DNA of 63,236 nucleotides, filler included, from Circinaria calcarea (taxonomy: Eukaryota), in NCBI GenBank assembly GCA_051942165.1. It is 4 parts of 4 records of this genome, joined end to end, with 100 filler letters (N's around TTAATTAATTAA, not from the genome) between each part and the next. Parts side by side here need not be neighbours in the genome. Positions count along the whole stretch, not along the records: positions 15,882 to 31,656 come from JAVECS010000351.1; positions 31,757 to 47,470 come from JAVECS010000353.1; 2 more parts are not named here. One strand, 5' to 3'. The notes beneath the pieces were generated by a model that searched no databases, was not told the origin of the DNA, and worked only from the letters and a program-made list of their open reading frames with translations. Position 1 is the first letter of the stretch. Each line of letters opens with the position of its first letter. Position numbers and translations under genes: made by a program. Shown here piece by piece: positions 25,928-36,883 of this stretch.

Positions 25928-26856
25928 TCAGTCTTCCACTTTCAACTTATCTATATCTCTTAATGCGTCATGTCCATCGTCTTCATCATCATCCTCTACC
26001 TTTCCAACCAGTCCTCGCTCCCATAGTTGCCTTCCAGTCAGCTTCTCCTCAACTTTGACCCTTTTCTTCTTATCCTCGAGCTCCTTTTCTTCCCTTTTCT
26101 TCTCCTGCGCTTCTTCCATTTCCCTCCGAAACCTCTCCCTCCATTCCAGGAAGCTTTCCCTTGTCACTGATGTTCCGTGAAACTTCCTGTTCTCTTCCTC
26201 TTCCAATTTTGCGGCTTCGACGTCTTTGATGGCCTGGGCTGCGGCTTGACGCTCTGAGATGAGGAGTTCGGCGCTATCCTTCAAAGTACTGACTAAGGTG
26301 AACACCATAGCCATCCCAAGGTTCTCTTCGATGATAGGCTCGAGAGCGGAGAGAAGGCGTGGCTTGTCTTCCTGGATGTCCAGGTAAGCATACTTGGGGG
26401 TGTTTGGGGGTGTCGATAGATCTAGTGTTGGAGGGACTTCAGGGTAGGTTTCGGGGTATGTGACCGTAAGTAGGATTGCCGCTGAGAAGTGATTTTAGCC
26501 ATGGACGACAGCATGAATTTATAGAAAGTAGGTGAGCGCCATTGGGATAGCCACATGATACGGCTACAGGCCTACAAATTTGCAGCTTCATGGCTGGTAG
26601 TTCTTGTGATTGACAAGGCACAAGAAGCCTCTGTGATAGTCGGAAAAGCCAAGACTTACGAGGCGTCGATTCCTCCTCATCTTGCTGAGTGACATCTAAT
26701 GCTATCGAAATCCGGTACGATGTATCCGAGATATCTGACGCGGCTTGATTAGCGGCGGTTCTCTCAAAAAGCTTGAAAGTATTGAGTACCTGTGATTTCT
26801 TCTGGAAAGATAGATTCAAGGACCTCACGCTCCTCTGCTTGTTCATCACGACCCAT
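25928..26856 (-). CDS. GIR2: RWD-domain protein (Gir2/RWDD1 family); 3 exons (26856-26790, 26734-26660, 26481-25928)
   Basis: MGRDEQAEEREVLESIFPEEI, YPETYPEVPP (RWD YPxxYP motif), ENLGMAMVFTL, FHGTSVTRESFLEWRERF, KLTGRQLWE. Confidence 0.9.
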
Positions 26857-27147
26857 CTTTTCTGCCGTTGAAATCCAATACCTTCGGGTGAGGTTGGACA
26901 TAAGGCTTAGCGTCGGCCGTCGACAAGGGGCTTCTACGGAGTAGCCCTGCAGGGAGGGCTACATGACACTGAATTGCCCACTCCCTTAAACCCTAAAGTA
27001 CTTCAAGGCTAATACCGTAACTCGTCCATATCAGTTATAGTCGTCTCGGCTTATACGTTTACATACAGAGAAACCATAAGACCTCTCCTTATATACCTAA
27101 GTCCTACAAAAACCCCTTTTCCGGCCCTGCCAATCGATGATCTGGAA

Positions 27148-28517
27148 ATGGCTGTTGATGCTGCCTTCACTAAGAAGCTTCCAAAAATCGAGGTACGGTC
27201 AAGATGATCAAGAGTGGCATGATGCTACATTAATAAGGTCCCTATCGCTAACGAAGGTGTCGGAAGCTACACGCTCACCTCAGCGGCAGCATCTCCCGTC
27301 AATGCCTCCACAAGCTCTGGGAAGATGCGAAGCGTCATAATCCGGATCTAGCATTGGAGGACCCGATGATCGCGATGCCAATAGACAAGGTAGATTATGA
27401 TATCAATACGTAGGTCGATTTTGACATGAGTTATGATAAGGTTGCTCCTCCTCTTCGCTTATACATCGCGCGCTATATCCTGTGAATCTCATTAAACCTC
27501 TGGAGTGTTTGCAAATTCTCCGCCCATATGCCTTTTGTGGCCATCGTCTTCTTTGCTTACTTAGGGAAGTCCCTCCAGTCCATTCTGACCTGCTACCGTC
27601 GGGATTCCTAGCTTCTTCCCCTTGTTCTCCAAGTACATCTACCAGCTCTGCAATACAGAGTACCGCATCGCTGAATCCACCATCTCTGTGCTACGTGACT
27701 TCGAGGCCGATGGAGTAGTCTATCTCGAGCTTCGTACAACACCACGTGCTTCCAGTGGTTCTAGCGGCTCCGGAGGGTTCTCCAAGGACCATTATGTGGC
27801 AGTGATCCTAAACGCTATCCACGATTTCGATAGATTTGCAATGTCGGTCTATCTCATCCTCTCCATCGACCGAAGTAACACGGCTTCCGAAGCAATGGCC
27901 GTGGTGGACTTAGCAATCAAATACCAATCTCAAGGTGTCCTTGGTATCGATCTTTGTGGAAACCCTCTAAAAGGCGATGTTTCCACCTATCGAGAAGCAT
28001 TTGCCAAGGCGAGATGCCACGGTCTCCGAGTGACGCTCCATTTCGCCGAAGTACCTGCATCATCGACGGGGGAGGAGCTCCAGACCTTACTCTCATTCAA
28101 GCCGGACAGACTCGGCCATGTTATTAATGTTCCTGACACGATCAAGAACGAAATTATCGACAGGAGGCTGGGATTGGAGCTCTGTCTAACTTGCAACGTC
28201 AACGCGAAACTCATCAGTGGCGGGTTTGCAGCTCATCACTTCAGCTATTGGCGGAATAAGGGGTGTCCAATCGTACTTTGTGTAAGCAACGACCCATAGA
28301 AGAAGTTGCTATTGCTAACAATATGACATAGACCGACGACGTAGGCATCTTTGGCAGTACACTCTCAAACGAGTATCTCCTAGCCGCCAAACACTTCAAC
28401 TTGAGTCGGAAGGAGCTGCTTGATCTGTGTAAGAGCGGTATAGACTCGGTCTTCGGCAGTGAGGATGATAAAACCAAGCTCCGTGGAGTTATGAAAAAGA
28501 TTGAGGACGAGCTCTAG
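27148..28517 (+). CDS. Adenosine deaminase-like protein (ADAL / N6-methyl-AMP deaminase type); 4 exons (27148-27192, 27267-27409, 27612-28281, 28332-28517)
   Basis: LPKIE|LHAHLSGS metal motif, YLELRTTP, GIDLCGNP, HFAE, RLGH, ELCLTCN, C|TDDVGIF. Confidence 0.9.
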
Positions 28518-29087
28518 GTGGGGCTGGTTTGTTATAATTGCTACAACCGATTTCCTTGATAGTGACCCTCTCGGGCTGCAGTTGTTTGGATCAGATGCAA
28601 CTTTTCGCTCCCTTTACGGCGGATGAGGAGCACGGGCTGGGGTGAATCACTGAACCTTGAATATCCTATTAGATGCTGATTGCGCTCACGAAGGAAGAAG
28701 AGAGGGGGGTGGGCTAGAATCTTCTGGCATCCCGGCATCTAGATGTCCTTTAGCTTGTACATAGTCTCTATTTAGAAAGTATTGAACGTAGCTGGACATC
28801 GACGAGATATATTGAGAGTGGCCGCTGTTTACCATCGCTTGACATCGCTCTCCAGCCATCAAAGGCCTATCAGCATTTAGATTTCGATTCGTCCTTTACC
28901 ACGCACTCTATCTAAAACAAGGCTTCCAATAGTGCAGCCGGTGCAGTGCGGCTTAGCAGTGCACGATATAATGTGCACTGCCAAGCCCGTACTATTAATA
29001 CAGTATAAACTACCTACACTACATAATAATATAATATAATGAGGGTGCACTACATTATACTACCAGTATAAAGTATATTATATTATT

Positions 29088-29307
29088 TGTAAGGATCCTT
29101 TACGGATGGTATGATGATGTTACGAATAAGGGTCGGTAAACTGTGTGATAATGAGCTCAATTGGTTCGCATGGCGTATGAATTATTGCTAAAGAATTCTG
29201 GTATGACGCTTCGCGAGGAAAACCTTTCTCGCTAAGCTAATACCTCGTGACCTCGGTATAATGTTCACCCGTAGGGTTCGTAGGGGTTCTTGGGTAGAGC
29301 CCTTACA
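29088..29307. mobile_element. Possible solo LTR (220 bp)
   Basis: Bounded by TGTAAGG...CCTTACA (TG..CA ends, 7-bp inverted repeat). The 5-bp flanks TTATT and ATACG do not match. Confidence 0.4.
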
Positions 29308-29320
29308 ATACGAAAGCAAA

Positions 29321-29618
29321 TAATTGGGGCTTTTAGCAAAATTCTGTAAGAGGTTTGTTATGTATGGGAGCCCGGCACCGATACCTTAAGCCTGATATAG
29401 TAAGGACAGATCGTAGGCTTATCATAATCCATGCCCTGGTATTGGTCAGAAAAGGTCCATTAATATAATATAGCTCCGTTGTGGATATACAACGGAGCTA
29501 GGTAAAGCTAAGCCGGGGGCTCTTTCTATACAAGGTATGTATTGGTTGGGATTAAGGTTATTCCGCGCCTAGGCTTATATTACACTAACATAATAAGTTT
29601 TGCTAAAAGCCCCAAATA
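29321..29618. mobile_element. MITE copy A (298 bp)
   Basis: 18-bp perfect inverted repeat TTGGGGCTTTTAGCAAAA / TTTTGCTAAAAGCCCCAA. Internal 12-bp hairpin at 29471-29500. Interior homologous to the reverse complement of copy B. Confidence 0.75.
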
Positions 29619-29857
29619 AAGGAAAATTCGTTCCGCTTATGTATAGCTCGGGGATTAATGCGGAGCTAAAATTATAATTAATTATCACGACCTTTTTAAG
29701 TGTGGTGTTTTATTAAATAATAACAATATATATTCAAAATTATTAAATTAGGCTTAACTTCAGGGTCTGAGGGCACTGAATTCTAAGTTTCCCCACTATA
29801 AATCTTCACTTAATAAAATAGTACGCACTGGCAGTACAGTGCGGTGCACCACCATTG

Positions 29858-30164
29858 CAGTTGAGGGGTTTAGTTTTTTTTGTTATGCTCGGAGGATGTT
29901 AGGTAGGCCCGGAATAACAGTGCTCCCAGCCAATCGATACCTCGTCTACAAGGCCACCCGGCCTAGCTTTACATAGCTCCATTACACATCTACAACGGAG
30001 CTATGTTATGCTAGTGGAGCCCTTCTAACCAATATACCGACTTAGATTCTACGCCAACAAGGTAGGCCTACCACCTAGGCTTTACGACATCTAGCTTAGA
30101 GTATCGGTGCCGGGCTACCGTGCATAACGTTGTTCTTACTAGAAGAAACTAAACCCCCCAACTG
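29858..30164. mobile_element. MITE copy B (307 bp) with Tc1/mariner-like CAGT termini, inserted in the right TIR of the outer element
   Basis: CAGTTGAGGGGTTTAGTTT / AAACTAAACCCCCCAACTG, followed by TA on the right (TG on the left). Shares AGCCCGGCACCGATAC, ATAGCTCCGTTGT and GTAAAGCTA blocks with copy A in opposite orientation. Confidence 0.8.
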
Positions 30165-30410
30165 TACTATCGGTGCAGTGTAGGTAGCCTGTACTGCACT
30201 GATAGTACGGGCTTGGCAGTGCACACTGCACCGTGCACTGCCAAGCCGCACTGCACCGGCTGCACTATTGGAAGCCTTGAACTGATCGGATCTGGCTTCT
30301 ATAATTCAGAGCTGGGCCAACACATTCGAAGACTGAAGCTCCTCTTTGCTATCTTGTTCTCTCCTGGGAAGTCTTTAGTGCACTCTCACGCCCCTTGCGA
30401 CTTGCTGCGC

Positions 30411-31623
30411 TTATTTTTTTTGCTGTTCTAAGAGCATCAGTTGCATCTGATAGTCTTGCAGAGCCCTCTTCTCTCTAGTTTCTTCGGATACGAGTCTGGC
30501 TACATCTAAATCGAGGTTTTGGTTCATTGAATCAGCGTTTCTTCTGTAACCACCAATATCGTAAGCGAATGGTCGCTGTCCAAAGTTTGCTCTGATGCTC
30601 TTTGAACATAATGGATATATTGCAGGTATAAGACAAGGCTGGGTGTTGATGAAACTAATTCCTGCCAAGTAAATCAGCTGGACTATATGGTTTGCGCTAA
30701 TTCGGAATAATAGAGGAGTATTACCATGGTTTCTACCGTTCTTAACAAAGAACAAGCTGCGTCTTTTAAGGTCTATACCGCAACCAAGAATGTCGTTGTT
30801 TTGAAGACCATAACATTCAAAGCCAGTCATACTATCAAGTGGACATGGCTGTCCATTCTGAAAGTTGCACCGGTGTGTTCCATGGATGTCTTGTGCTCGA
30901 TTATTATCAATTTCTTCTTTTCGATATCTGGATGGTCTGAGGTTCCGGTAGCCGATCACCATGTCTCGTGCACAAATAGCTGAGTGGAATGTGGATCTTG
31001 TCGCAAAACTTGACATAAAGACTTGAATCTCAAAGTAATACACCCCATCCTCCGGAGTAATAGGGGAGTTAGCAACAAGTAATGGTGTATAATTCAAGTT
31101 TTCTTGCATGAAAGAATGATTGTGCAAGTTATAACTTGAATGATCATATGTGTAATATTGTGAATGGTTATACGTATCATCAAAATAAGCTGTCAACGTA
31201 TCTTCACTGAGAGTAGTATAAAGCTTCTGGCGGACACCGAGAATGATCAATCCTGAGGGATTCGTCAAGGTCATCTCAACATGTACTCTTTTGACCGAGT
31301 TCAGAATTAACGCAATCTCTCCAGGTGTTAGGGACATATTAACTTGTGCCTGAAAAGGCCACGGCTCCAACTGGCTGAATCCAGGCGCTTTTCGAGGCCT
31401 AAGCCGATCTATCCTTGATGTCTTACAACCTCTATGGCTATAGGCACGTCGGACTGTGTTATTAACTCGGTTAGCATTACCTGGAGATGAGGCTTGCCGT
31501 GCTGGTCGTGGTCTAGTCTCGACGACAAATTCCAGCCTGCACTCATCACTAGCTTCAGAGTCAGTATGACCGCGATAGGGAGATGACAGACAATCGGCAG
31601 ACTTACCAAATAAGAGAAGACAT
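30411..31623 (-). CDS. SPRY-domain protein; proposed exons 31623-31607, 31548-30725, 30661-30411
   Basis: GVYYFEIQV, DILGCGIDLKRRSLFFVKNG, LIPAI, IRANFGQRPFAYDI. In-frame 63-nt intron at 30724-30662. The start is tentative because it lies 33 nt from the contig end. Confidence 0.75.
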
Positions 31624-31656
31624 TTTATTTAGTCTTCCTATACCACTGCATTGTAC

Positions 31657-31756
31657 NNNNNNNNNNNNNNNNNNNNNNNNNNNNNNNNNNNNNNNNNNNN
31701 TTAATTAATTAANNNNNNNNNNNNNNNNNNNNNNNNNNNNNNNNNNNNNNNNNNNN
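31657..31756. other. Artificial contig-joining spacer
   Basis: N44-TTAATTAATTAA-N44. Confidence 0.98.
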
Positions 31757-33047
31757 TAGGACACCGTGGCACCTTCCTCCTGACTCTTGCAAACGTGCTG
31801 GATCTCTTCCCCAATCCAGTCCTGAACTTCAGGGTGCGCTGCGAGGTGGGTGATCACATAAGTCAAGGTAATAGCAATAGAATCGTGACCCGCAAAATTG
31901 AAGACGAAGATGTTGCCGAAGATCTCGGACTCGGTTAGGCCCATGTTGGAGCGACGCCCCTCCATCTTGCCATGATCCTCTTCCGCCGCCGCCTTCGCCT
32001 CTTCAGATGCGCGGACCATAGCGCCGATAAAGTTACCCGTGTTGCCCTTGCCTTCGGCGATCAGGCGTTTTTCCTCTTTGATTGTCTTGGCAATATGCGA
32101 CTTGAAGATGCTCGTCGCTTCCCCGACGAGAGACCAATGTTTGGGGAGGTAGCGCCGCAGGCTACCCGTGAGGACTTTGGGGCCCAGAAGCATGATCAGG
32201 ATCGCGTTCTCCAGAATTAGATGGAGCGAATCTTTATAGGTCAAGGAATTTCCTTGTTGAACTTCTTCGGCCGCGCGATCAAAGGAATACGATTTCCCGA
32301 ATCCGGTGGCCGAGAGGACATGCAGAGAAAATCGCCTCACGTCTTTGCCAGTGTGTCTAATATCGGGAGTTCCTTTCCAGTATTCGAGCATTTCTTTGGC
32401 CTGGCGGATGCATTCGGTCCAGACAAGATTCATGTTCGGTTCGCCGAACGGAGGGCCAGTAGCTTTACGGTGTCTTTGCCAATCTTTACCCTCAACCTAG
32501 GAGAATAGGTTAGATGACTTATATTAATGCAAGGAAACGATAATACATGCAGTAGAGAGATTAGGGCCGAAGACATCAAGCACCGCTATAAAATCAGTTT
32601 CGTCAGCAAGTGCCGTAGAACAAAAAATAAAATAAACGCACCCATTATCTCCAAAGGTCTTTTAAACTCGGTCCTCCGTTGAAGTAATTCCGTGAGCGTT
32701 TCTGCATTGCAGACGTACAGCCAGTTCTTGCCAGTAGTAACTAGAATAAACGCATCACCGAGTTCAAGAAAAGTATTAGCCCTGTCGTGAACGTCCCATC
32801 CGCGATGAGCGTATCGAGTAAAAGATCCTGACCCCAAAGGAATCCAGCTCAGCACGTAGTCGATGTAGGGCCCGAGATAATCGCTGACCAGCATCCACGC
32901 CGGGCTCTCAGGATTGACGGGCACCACGACGATAGGAGCCCCAACACGGCGCGCAACTGCGTAGTTGGAGGCCAGAGTGTATGCATTCCACAAGACCCAG
33001 GTGATGGGGAGCAAGAGCAGCGCCGACCAGAGTCGGAGATCCGCCAT
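31757..33047 (-). CDS. Cytochrome P450, 3'-truncated by contig end; exons 33047-32642, 32585-32551, 32496-31757
   Basis: N-terminal TM; FGPNLST|VEGKDWQRHRK; I-helix GNIFVFNFAGHDSIAITL; LAAHPEVQDW. Intron 2 (32550-32497) is GC-AG. The heme motif lies beyond the gap. Confidence 0.88.
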
Positions 33048-34787
33048 TGCCAGTCACAAGCAGTCGATTGGAGGGCAGTTAGCAAAGGAGAAGTCTTTTC
33101 GGTCAGATGATGGCCGGTGGCAGAAAAAGATGGAGGTTGTAGCAAGCGACGGGTGTGCTGTGCTTGCGGATCCCCTTGTTTGTTGGTTACACTTTCGATC
33201 AGGTGAATGAGTTAATTAATGCACGCCTGTGCCTCCTATACACATGAGTCTGGAAATGGATTGATTGGACATGCTGTTCTTGGGCAATCGGCCTGTGTTA
33301 CGGTATGAGTCAATCGACCGGCCGAGGTTAGCACATTCAACCACCATCTCCATCTCCGACAAGGCTCAGCGTGATAGACCTATTCTACCTGCAAGGCTAC
33401 AGCTTCAGTAGGATGTTCCCTTGCAATTTTCTTTCCTTTGGGTGCGGCGCAGCGTTTATTGCCAGCGCTACCTTAGTGGCTGTTGTTACACAGAATCCCT
33501 ACTGATACAGGGCTGCTTAAGCATTATGGTGCCCGGTAGCTAATGCGCACGAATCAAGCGTCAGACGCGAGACTAAGGGAGTATAGTACATAAAATACCG
33601 TCAGATTGATTTTCGAGACAAGCCTTGTGCGTACCGCAATTAGAATTAGCTCCTTGTACCTCCGTTGTCTCCTTGCCCACCAATATTCTGCGTGTATCTT
33701 GGCCACACTGCTTTTGCCAGCTGGAGCGGAGCAGAGCAGTTTTCCGCACCCCCTTCGTCGACGGCAGGGATTTCATCTCGACTCGATTCTTCCTCGGTCT
33801 CTCACCCTGTTGCCTAATCTTGGCATGAGGTGCTGTCTTAGCTTCGCCGCCAATACTCTCCGCACATTGATCAGCCGGCACACAGTGACGTTTTCATGCC
33901 ATCCATGACGGGCTCCTGAGGCTCGGTAGTATGTCCTATGTGACCTGCGCCCCCTTTGACCGAGACCGATAGCCTCCTCCCCCCCCAGTTCCTCTCTCAA
34001 TTCTCTCCTGCTCCCTTCCATCCCATGATACCCAGACACTCCCGACTTCCCAGAAACCTCAGTTTTGGCTCCAAGAGGTTTTCTTTCGACCTCAAACTTG
34101 CAAAACTCTCTTTCTTGGTTCGCCATGCTGCTCAGTCCCGTCGTCCTTCAGCGTCTCCAGTTTCCCAAGTCTCAGCAGGATGACTCCAAGCGTTTCTCCT
34201 CTACGTACACGACGACCACAGCCGCTGCACAGGTTCGGTTCGCCGCTTCTCAGCAGCCGTTCTCCAGCGCCCTGGTGAGATTCGCCGTCGTGGCACTTAT
34301 GATAGCGGTTATCTGGGCCAGGGTACAGGCCAAGGATCACAACCTATATAATTTGGAGTGGGATGATTGTAGGTTTCGCCCAGCTATGCCTCGGACACAC
34401 TTTATTTACTACTAGGCGAATGGCTGATAGAGAGTTCTTTTTAACTAGATGCATCTGTGCTTGCTTTGGTAAGCTACCACGGTATCAAGGTTACTACCGT
34501 GTAAGAGTATTAACCAAGATTGCGTAGCTTGGTGTGCTGTACACGAGAAGGCCATTAGTATGTGTAATTGTGTAAAATTGGGGAAAAGGTAGTGGAGTTT
34601 TTAGTTTGACTCATGCAGCCTTTCACTACTACCTTACTATTATAAATTAGATATCCAAGGCGCAGTGAAATTTACTCTTCGGGAACTATGGAATCCAAAT
34701 AGTATACATTCAGACGAACGTTGTCCTCCCTCCGCATGCATTGCACCGGCCTACTTTTCTACCCTTTGAACACCTCTTCATATAACA

Positions 34788-36077
34788 CTAGACTCCTAAT
34801 TCTCGAGGCCGGGCATAACTAGACATCTCGAATTCATTCCGTACATACACTCGGTTAGGAGGTATGATATGTTCTTGCGAGACTTTGGGACCACCACTTT
34901 TCTCCGTGGTCTTGGGAATCGTCGAACGAAACCGCCAAGAGGAGTTCCACAAGGCCAGGATCCCGCGGCCCTTGATAGATCGGGTCCCGTATAGGATCCT
35001 CTTGCGAGACTCTTTTGTGTAATCAGGAACCTTGACTCTTTGGTTTTGCTTTGTGAAGAGAGCACGAAACGAGGCTAGGCAAATGATGATTATAGCTATA
35101 AAGAAGCCATCTCCGATCAGCCTGGGGTAGCTCATTTGGAAGGAGCGAATCAGAACGACTCACCGATAGTATTTTCAATTGTATTCCAAAAGTATAACCA
35201 AGTTTGCTCGGGCTGAGCGGAGAACCGCATAACGACCGCAAAGCGGATGATAGAGATTACCATGGTGATGACGACGAGGCAGAAAATTGCGGCCAAGGCA
35301 AGCTTCTGCCGGAGACGAATGCGTACTCTCCACAGCATACGGATGGGGATCGAGAGAACTGCAGGGTCTGTTAGATAGAGAGTAACTCACAGGGGGAGTT
35401 GATTGGAAGGTCATGCTTGCTAAGTCTGTTAAAACGTCCATTGCACAGTTGGTACATAGCGTTACACGCTGGAATTGTATTGCCTGAGAAGTCGAGCAGT
35501 TCCTAACGATGTCTACAAATGGTGGTGTAAGACAGTTGAACTGAATCGTCCCAATACCAACAAAATAGGTCGCGAGAGTGAACGAGAATGTGATCCACCA
35601 ATGAACTTGTTGCCCAGAAACATTTTCACCAAGCCGTCGGAAGAAAAGAAGAAAGGAGATCTTAACGCTCCAAAGTCCTGACATGAAAAAGACTATGATA
35701 GCGAGCATCCCCCTTAGGTAGGTCTGGCTATCCGTGATAAAGGTTGGAGGGATGCTCAACGACTCTCCACTGGCGAGGTGCAATGCCTGGTACATGTACC
35801 CGCTGATGCATTGCCATATAATAGCATTGGCAAGCAATAACACCAAAGCAGTCAGAACGAAGGCATCATCCAGAAAGAATTTCTTGAAGCTGCGAAGGCG
35901 AACCCAAGCACGGAAGATAACAAATAATGTTGCGAGGGCGAAACCACCCCAAACGAAGGCCTGGGTAAGTGTTAGTATGGGAGGCTGATTCCGTAGTAAG
36001 TCGGATTACCGTACGAGGAAAGTATCTTGTCCAATTCTGGGTTTTGGAGTTAAAAACCCGGAAGGGACGGAGCTCAT
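34788..36077 (-). CDS. PTH11-like (fungal rhodopsin-domain) integral membrane protein without CFEM; exons 36077-36015, 35960-35417, 35358-35164, 35095-34788
   Basis: FRAWVRLRSFKKFFLDDAF, LWSVKISFLLFFRRL, DVLTDLAILSIPIRMLWRVRIRLRQKLAL, WNTIENTIAIIIICLASFR. About seven hydrophobic segments. Intron 2 needs a GC donor. Confidence 0.85.
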
Positions 36078-36883
36078 CCTGTCAATGGAAGAAGGTACGT
36101 CGGATGTGTAGCTTAGAGCTTGGAGTTACACTATAAACGGAGGTTCAGGCTATGATAGCTGTGAAATAAGTGGGAATAGTCCCAGCGTTGTTATACTTGT
36201 CGATCTTAGTCGATGACAGTCGATGACACGATCTCTTAATAGGAATGCGGCAGCAGATTGAGGCATTCTCGATGCTAATGCTGGTGGAGGCTTGCTACCA
36301 CGAGGCGCAGCTAGTTTTCCCTCGCCATAGATGGTCATCTTTTAGCGATTCGGAGGTTGGGACTGAGAAATATAGCGTGCAATCCTGCGGAGAGGAGTCA
36401 TGCACGGCGTATTAAGGTAAATATAGGGCAAAGTACATGTAGGCAAGTTAGTCGAAGTAGGTCCCGCCGCATGCCCGAGACCACCCCTTGTCATTTGTTT
36501 GACCCCAGTAAGCGCTGGAAGCCGATTTTACGCGTGCGTATCGGAAGTCTTCCGATTGACGCTAGGGTCAACCCGAGCTGTCAGGGAACTGTAGTCTGCC
36601 AGAAAGTCTAATTGCCGACGGTAATCAAGCGGCATGGAGCTGAAACACTTTTTGAGGGAATAATTAATTTCATGGTTTCAGGCAAGCAAGCGCAGACAAT
36701 GCACTAGTCGGATATCCCTCAACCGTCAGCGCTAACATCATCTCCCTTCCTCGATAGTCGATATAGCATGGCTTATTTGTTTGGCAAGACCGCCGCAGCA
36801 TCAAATCTGCCCGCTCCAGCCACTCAATTAACTAGACATTCAAAGTACACGATCCAGAGCCTTGCGCTCCTGCCTACATTCTT

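Larger units (their letters stand above)
28918..30279. mobile_element. Non-autonomous DNA transposon with long (~170 bp) terminal inverted repeats, carrying nested insertions
   Basis: Ends CAAGGCTTCCAATAGTGCAGCCGG... and ...CCGGCTGCACTATTGGAAGCCTTG. The first 37 bp are a perfect inverted repeat; similarity continues to ~29087 (left) and ~29812 (right). No transposase ORF and no convincing target-site duplication. Confidence 0.88.

Noticed and set aside
26482..26659. Calling the structured intron an H/ACA snoRNA
   Set aside because: No ANANNA hinge between the hairpins and no terminal ACA; kept only as an unexplained structure.
28910..30287. 8-bp target-site duplication for the outer element
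   Set aside because: Flanks ATCTAAAA and AACTGATC match at only 4 of 8 positions, so hAT is not asserted.
31409..31609. DHDQHG suggesting an ankyrin/NACHT-SPRY protein
   Set aside because: It is in a different frame from the SPRY exon, which stays open up to a good acceptor at 31549.
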